A stretch of 64,000 nucleotides of DNA from NCBI GenBank assembly GCA_964016885.1, contig OZ024741.1, positions 226,486,001 through 226,550,000 of the forward strand. Direction: 5' to 3'. The first letter of the stretch is position 1; the number at the start of each line of letters is the position of its first letter. This document shows, piece after piece, positions 56,385 to 64,000 of this stretch. The position numbers were made by a program, and so were the translations under genes. The DNA is from Eledone cirrhosa. Its lineage: Eukaryota. Below the pieces are notes generated by a model, which was not told the DNA's origin, searched no databases, and was given only the letters and a program-made list of their open reading frames with translations.

Positions 56385-59300
56385 TTTCTATTTATTGCCA
56401 CTAGGGCGCAAAAGAAGGGGACATATACAAGGGGGGACAAATACAAGGGACGAGTAAAGAAAACAAATAACAAATATAAAATTAACAATAAAGTCCTCAA
56501 TAGGGAGGAGGCGTTTTGGGGGGTCGCCCCCCATAAAAGTGTGCAACCCCTTCTCCTCAGGAGCACAGAGAGAGGGTGCTCCCTCGTTTCTTCCTCTTTT
56601 CCACCTACAGGCTGATGTAGAGAGAAGGCCCAGTCACACGGGCCATTCTCGCCACTTTCACCCACCTTTCATAAACACGACTGGGGTGGAGCACCTCTCT
56701 CTCCATCCTGATCCTTCTTCCGAAATGATATCGGAAGAAACGGATCAGTTGTTGGCCAGAGAGAAAGGTGCCTGACCTGAGTCTTTCAGACGTGTCACCA
56801 TATATCCTCTTTCACCATGGCTATTACGCACAGAAACACCGCCTCTCCTTCATTTTTTAAGAGGGGAGGCGGCTTAATTGTTACAATGACGTCGGTGATC
56901 AACCGGATCGGTCCCACCCGTGACAGCAGTCGTTCGACATAGCCCCACAGATCGGCTACGCCCGAGCAGTGTACCAATGCGTGTGCAACGGTTTCCTCGT
57001 TGCACACGCATCTGGGACAGATCTTTTTGGCGGGGTCCCTACCCGGGCGCCCGTGTCTGTAGAGCTTTTCTCGAACGGGTAGAGCCTCTCGGTCGCACTG
57101 CCAGGCCAGGGACTTCTGGAAGTTGTCCATAGGTCCCGGGCTGAATGTCCTACCGAACAGGCTGGACAAATCATCTTCCTCCATGTCTAGGGCTTGTTCG
57201 AGGGCGTCGTCGCACCTGCTGCGAACCAGCCCTCTATAGAATGTCAAGGTGGAGTCTCCACTGATAACCGGGTCCGCCTGCCAGAGGGCCGTGAGCGCCT
57301 GGGCACACTCAGTGTGCCAGGCGCCCAGTTTTCTCGGTCTTTGCTTGACCCAGGATTGCAGCTCGGTAAGTGAGACGAGTCTAGGAAAGGTTCGTCTCAC
57401 AAACGGGACCCACACCGGTTGACCGGTGAGGAATACGTGGAGGTGCCGTAGCCTTAATGCGTGTTTACGCATCATTAGCCACGGCATCCCCAGCCCTCCT
57501 TTCGAAGGGTGTTGACAGCAGATGGATCTCCTCACCAAAGGATCCCGCTTCTTCCAAAGGAATTGGAAGAGTGCGCGCTCCATCTTGGCGAGGGTTTCCC
57601 TTGGGCAAAGCACGACGGTCAGGCGGTAGTAGATGGCGACGCTATATAGGTGTTCGCCACCTCCGCCCGTCCTTTCAGGGATAGTTTGCAACTGGCCCAA
57701 TTCTAGCTCAGTGCAAACACCCTGTTTGTAACCTCACCCCAGTCCTTCTCCACCTGGAGGTCTGGTCCGAACCAGACCCCGAGCAACTTCACCGGGCCCT
57801 CCGTCCAGCGTCCGACGACGCCATCGGAGGGCATCGGTTTGCCCCTCCACGTGCCGAGTTGCAAACCGATTGATTTGTCCCAGTTCAGCTTAGCCCCTGT
57901 GAACGTTTCGTACTCCTCCTGTAAGGTGCCGATCGCCCCGATTTCGGAGGCCGTCGACACAATTACTGTCACGTCATCGGCGGAGGCCGACACCGCTTTC
58001 CGCAATCCCGGTTCCAAAGGGATGCCCTGCAACAACTCCAACTTCCGCAGTAGTGGCTCGAGAGTCAATACATACAGAAGGGATGAGAGAGGACACCCTT
58101 GTCGGATGGACCGCGCGATTTCGAACGGCTCGGAGAGGTAGCCGTTCACCTTGACTCTAGAGCAGATGCGGCTACTATGCATAGCAGTGATCCAGTCCCT
58201 GAAAGCGGGTCCGAAGCCTGCCGCCGCTCGCACCGCATCCAGGTAACCATGGTCGACCCTATCGAACGCCTTAGATTGATCCAAGTTGATCAGGGCCCCA
58301 CCAAATTCCGGTTCATTCGCAACCCTCTCTATGATGTATCGCATGGGGTGGAGATTGTCAAGGATGGACCTGGATGGGTAGCATATGTCTGCGCATCTCC
58401 CACCAGGTTGCCCACGACAAACGCCAACCTCTTTGCTAGCACCTTGGCCAAAATCTGTAACTCTGTATTTAGCCTGAAGTTACTTATTTCGTCCCCCTTG
58501 TTCTCGTCCTTCCCCACTAGCGTGACTAAGCCCTTGGTCATAGAACAGGGAATTCTCCCGTTCTGTTTCCAGTTGCAGTAGACCGCCTCGAGGAGGTCGG
58601 GGAACAAGTCCGGCATCGCTAGTTATAGTTCGTATGGAAGACCATCGAGACCCGGGGATTTGCGTTTGCCGCATTGGCTCAGCACGTCCTCTATCTCAGC
58701 GGCTGAAATCGGCTCCTCGTAGGACTTCGCCTCCTCGTCCGAAAGACGCAGCAGGCCGTCGAGGTATAGACCGAAGTCCACTTCCCCAACCGGCTCCCCG
58801 CCCCTTCCGAACAATCGGGCAAAGTGCCTTTGAAAGGCCTCACACATCTGCTTAGGTTCAAGGATCGCCCGTCCATCCTTGTCTCGCAAAGACCGGATGG
58901 TCGATTTAATTCCACTCTTAGCTTCTGTCATGCGGGCCCAGCTAACAGCTTTGGTCCCCTCGTTCCCTAGAGCACGTATTTTACTTCGGACAACGCAGCC
59001 TTCGTGCTTCGCGTCGAAAAACTGGCTCAAAGCCGTTTTCGACGCTAGCACTCTGGCCACGTCGCCGCTTCTAATTGCCTCTTCTACTCTATCTATCAGT
59101 TCCCTTTCCTTCCTATTCCTATCCGCAGCTAGAACCTTACTAAATTCTATCGAGACTAATCTAATCTCTCTCTTTAGAGATACCCACCACCTGCTGTTGA
59201 CGATCGCTCCAGTCAACCACTCCTTAACTAACGTACTAATCGGGTCCCTGTAAGGACAAGTTCAGCTTCCAGTAACCGTGACCCTGTCTATGCGTTCTAT

Positions 59301-60790
59301 CAAGGTTGACCATGCAGGTCACCAACTTGTGGTCTGAATAGCCAACCATGAGCATTTCTGGACAACTTAAAATGTCCCTGTCCTTATTTCTAACTAAGAA
59401 CCTATCTAGGTACGATCTAGATTGACCGCCGCGATTTGTCCAAGACCAGTTGGCACCGTCGGGGAATCTAGTCGAAATCTATCGGCCAGGTCAAATCGGC
59501 CGAGTAACCCCTTGAGGCTGTTGCACCCCTCTCTATCGGGACATGCCCCTGCATAGTCCCAATGTGCATCCAGGATACCATTCCAGTTCCCCACTAGAAA
59601 AGACTCCAGACGTTGGAAGATGTCGGGCCGCTCTGTCCCAAAAGGGACATATGCGGCTACCAGCCTAAAGGCTCCACCTTCACCACTGCCAAGGTCCAGC
59701 ACCACCAGTCGACCCCCTGGGTCCAAGTGAACTATCTGTGTGGCGAGACCCAGATGTTTTTGCAGCAGAACGACAACCCCCACCCCCACCTCCGGGCTGA
59801 CAGAGAGATGCGTGCATCTCAAAGTCATCAAAGGTGGGGGCCAGCTGTCGCACGCTGCTGATCCGGGTCTCGCAGATAGCCATCACATTTATAGATCGTG
59901 ACCTGAGGTCATTTAGAAGCATTGCTTGCTTCCAAGGCGAGCTCAGGCCACGCGCATTTAGACACCCTACTCTTAGCACAGCCATGTTGGTGGTAAGGAG
60001 AAAAGACACTTACCTCTCTGCGTCCCGGGGAGCGGGCCGCTCAATTTCCATGAGGGTTGGGGATGGGTTGTTGGGTGGGGTGGTGGTTTGTGGGAGTGTA
60101 GGGGCATCAGTGTGTTGTGGGGTTGGGGTGTTTGTAGCTGAGTGGGTGTCTGGGTAGGGGGTGGGAAATTTTTTAGGAGGACGCGGTTGATTGGCTTTGT
60201 GCAGGGGAGGGGGGCACGTCCTCCGTGAAATTTATTTTCAATATTTTGTATAAGTTCATTGGGGAGAAGTGATGCTAAAAGCGCCATTCTCCCCAAAAGT
60301 TATATATTGCTTGGCATATCTTAGCAATTCTCCGGCATTTTTTCCTTGTTTGTGGAGTTGTTCTTCTTGGTGTTGTTGTCATTACTGTTGGTGTTGTTGT
60401 TATCATTGTGGAGTTCATTTGCGAAGTTGGGTTTTTTTCTTGTTCAATATTTTTTGTGCCGTATGTGTTTCCATACTTTTGTTTTGGTGTGATTTATCTC
60501 GGTCACTACCTGTTGCCATAGTGACATTCATTTCAACGCTCCCATTTCCACTTATGGCGGGAAGCGCTTCGATTTTATCATTCATAGTTAAAACAATTTG
60601 TTAAAAATCTTATTGAAAATTAAATTTTCGCCCGTGGGGGGCGAAAATTTCAATGACCCACCCACTGACAATTTAGTCGGAGGGTCAATCTATACAGTGG
60701 TATATTTTTTAAAACAATAATTTTTGTTTTTTATAAATAAAAAGACAAAAACTTACCAGCGTGACACAACTTCCTCTATCACATAGACTA
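56385..60790 (-). mobile_element. Tx1/L1-clade LINE in (TAGA)n; ORF1 internally deleted, ORF2 frameshifted
   Basis: APE (LNARGL, ICETR, GNWN, YLDR..SDH), RT (KSPGLDGLPYE, LDQSKAFDRV, RQGCPLS, SADD), GGLG, C-x2-C..H..C zinc finger; 3' AATAAA then (ATCT)n. Confidence 0.93.
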
Positions 60791-60820
60791 AATAAATAGA
60801 TATGTTTCTTAAATAAATAG

Positions 60821-61790
<970 letters not shown>

Positions 61791-62674
61791 AATAGAAGAG
61801 TGATTTTATGAATGATTGGGTCCGTCAAGAAGAAGTATCGATAGATCTCCGTCGGATTCAAAGATGAGTGTTCAAGCTGTTCAATTAACGGAACAGTTTA
61901 CTCATGAAATTAACGGAAGGACAGCTGAAAATTCCACCAATTCATGTATCCTTAAAGTAATTTTAGGGGAGATTCAGCGTGACTTTTAATTACAAATGCT
62001 GATCGTCCGAACTGTTTCTATCTATCCAATTTCACTCAAGACATGTGTCGGCCCAAAGGTACGGAGAATGATATTTGACCAAAATTTCACGAAATGGGAT
62101 CGATCGCGGACCAAATGATTATGAGCCGAGCGTTTTAGCCACTTGGCCGTACTACGCCTAATAGAAACAGTATAAAAACTAGTTCAACGCGAACGATGCA
62201 TCATCAAACTCGCTGTTGGATCCACTCAGCTTATTCCAGGTAGAATATGCAAATGGTGAGAACACGTAGGTGATGAAAAATTGTTAGAATAGGACAAGAA
62301 AATCTCTGCGAGATGAGGAAGATTTGGTGGTGGAGAGACGCAGGTATCTGCAAGCTTTTGCCAATGCAAACAAAATACTGTATATTGACCATAATCTAAA
62401 GTTGTCATAATTCCTTTTCGACCTTGAAATACAGATGTCAGTTAAAGGACAAGCACTCATTACAGAGTTTTAATGAGATCAGCCAATGTAGAGATTAATA
62501 GTTTGTTCTCTGCAATCATTTTCGGGGAGGGGGGATAAGGCTGGCTACAAACATCATATTAGTGGTGCCTGTTTCAATGCTAAAACCAGTATTGACTTTC
62601 TGGAAATTACTATCGAACTGGAAGAGGTGATTAATGATTAGCCTAGCAAAAAAGTAGCATCAACTTAATAATGA

Positions 62675-62812
62675 TTTGGGCACAAAGCCAGCAAATTTGG
62701 GGAGAGGGCAAAGTTAACTAAATCAACACCAGTACTTGATTGGTACTTTATTTTATCGCCCCCGGAAGTATGAAATGCAAAGTGGGCATTGGCAGGATTT
62801 GAACTCGGAATT
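62675..62812 (-). mobile_element. Decayed Nin-domain SINE
   Basis: GGCACAAAGCCAGCAA..TGGTACTTTATTTTATCG..GGATTTGAACTC. Confidence 0.7.
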
Positions 62813-64000
62813 TAAAGAGCAAGAACAAAGTAATATTAAGGAGAAATATGCCCTTGATGACTATTGCACTCCCGTCCATCATCCTGCGTCTATCATCAGC
62901 GTGTCTTTACGGGTCAGCAACACTAAATACGGAGGCATTGAATTCCCTAGAAAGATATATATGACAATAACACCTGTCTAATATGGTCCTTCAGCTGTTG
63001 TTAAATCTACACATGGTAAAAGCAAAAGAAAATGTTGCAAATGAGAAGTGATAATTGTTTCAACTCTGAACTTAAAGTTTAAAAACAAGAAAATTCAATT
63101 TATCTAGGAGCAATTCTTAGTTGCCAACAATTTCATCTGTTGTTTAGCTCCAGCAGATATTTGATGAAAGGTATTTCTGTCGTGTTCATTCATTTTTGGA
63201 GGATATCTAACAGTGTTATCTAATGTTAACTTCTCATTTGCGAATTCAGGGAGGCTTGGCTAATATATTTCGCAGGTTGAGCGACAATGTTAGAATCAGT
63301 GTAAAAACTTTGCTGGAAAAAATGTGAAATATCATTTGATGATAAAAGTATTTGGATGTCGTGTCTGCAATCAACGGTTATATCTTAATCAATAGATTTT
63401 AAACATGCACGTTGTGTAAGATTTATGGAATGAAACATTATTGGTTTCACTGGTTTGTTTACGCAGATGAAGATGTATCTTAATTACTATCATAAATGGG
63501 AAAGGGTTAGGAAAAGTGTTTTCAGACAATACACTTGCCAATTCTGCTTAATGAGGTAGAATTATTGGATGAGAAATCTTAAGGGGTTTGGCTGTGATTT
63601 ATTGTGGTCCATTTCCATGTCAAAGAAGATTGGGCAAAACTTTACTTCCCTCTGGGTATGTATGTCATGTACACTAATTAAAATTTCACGCTGATCTTCC
63701 ATAATAACATTGACAGCAATTCAAACGGCCAAGAATGGGAAAGTATTAGCTTAAGGCGTTGTTAATGTTAAATATATTGAAGCGACCTACGTGACAGTAA
63801 TTCAATAATTCTCCGTTGGTCTCAACTACAAACGCATGGATTCAATTTTGCTTTCGGTGAAAATTGAAAAAAATGAAACAAGAAAATGATTCTATAACAG
63901 TAGTATCGTAAGATATATAAAACAAAATACAGGTAAATATATGAGTACCCCATACTAACATGCATATATAATATTTAAAACAATTACCTCTGGAGGATAT

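Overview
This is eukaryotic, AT-rich and microsatellite-dense DNA. Nin- and CORE-domain tRNA SINEs and the repeat landscape suggest a cephalopod such as Octopus (inference). No host protein-coding gene is confidently visible, and most short ORFs are microsatellite artefacts. The window is a nest of decayed retroelements: one Ty3/Gypsy copy with only a 3' LTR, five R4/Dong-clade REL-endonuclease LINE copies (one near full-length) abutting TATG tracts, and one Tx1/L1-clade LINE in (TAGA)n. It also holds three Penelope-like elements (Naiad-, Poseidon- and Neptune-type), many SINEs including a 5-copy tandem array, a non-autonomous Helitron and a MITE. The main hidden signal is more than 20 type I hammerhead ribozyme (HHR) motifs in about 10 small non-coding repeat families, found by manual base-pairing. 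Most sit in or next to (TA)n tracts. Several are terminally redundant or tandem 315-665 bp units (retrozyme/pLTR-like) with fold-back ends, covarying stems and family-wide catalytic-core variants (U3-A8, A4, C4). Two otherwise dissimilar families share an octamer(-70)/TATA(-26)/GGCAGG promoter layout. All coordinates and folds were read by eye; no searches or folding programs were run.
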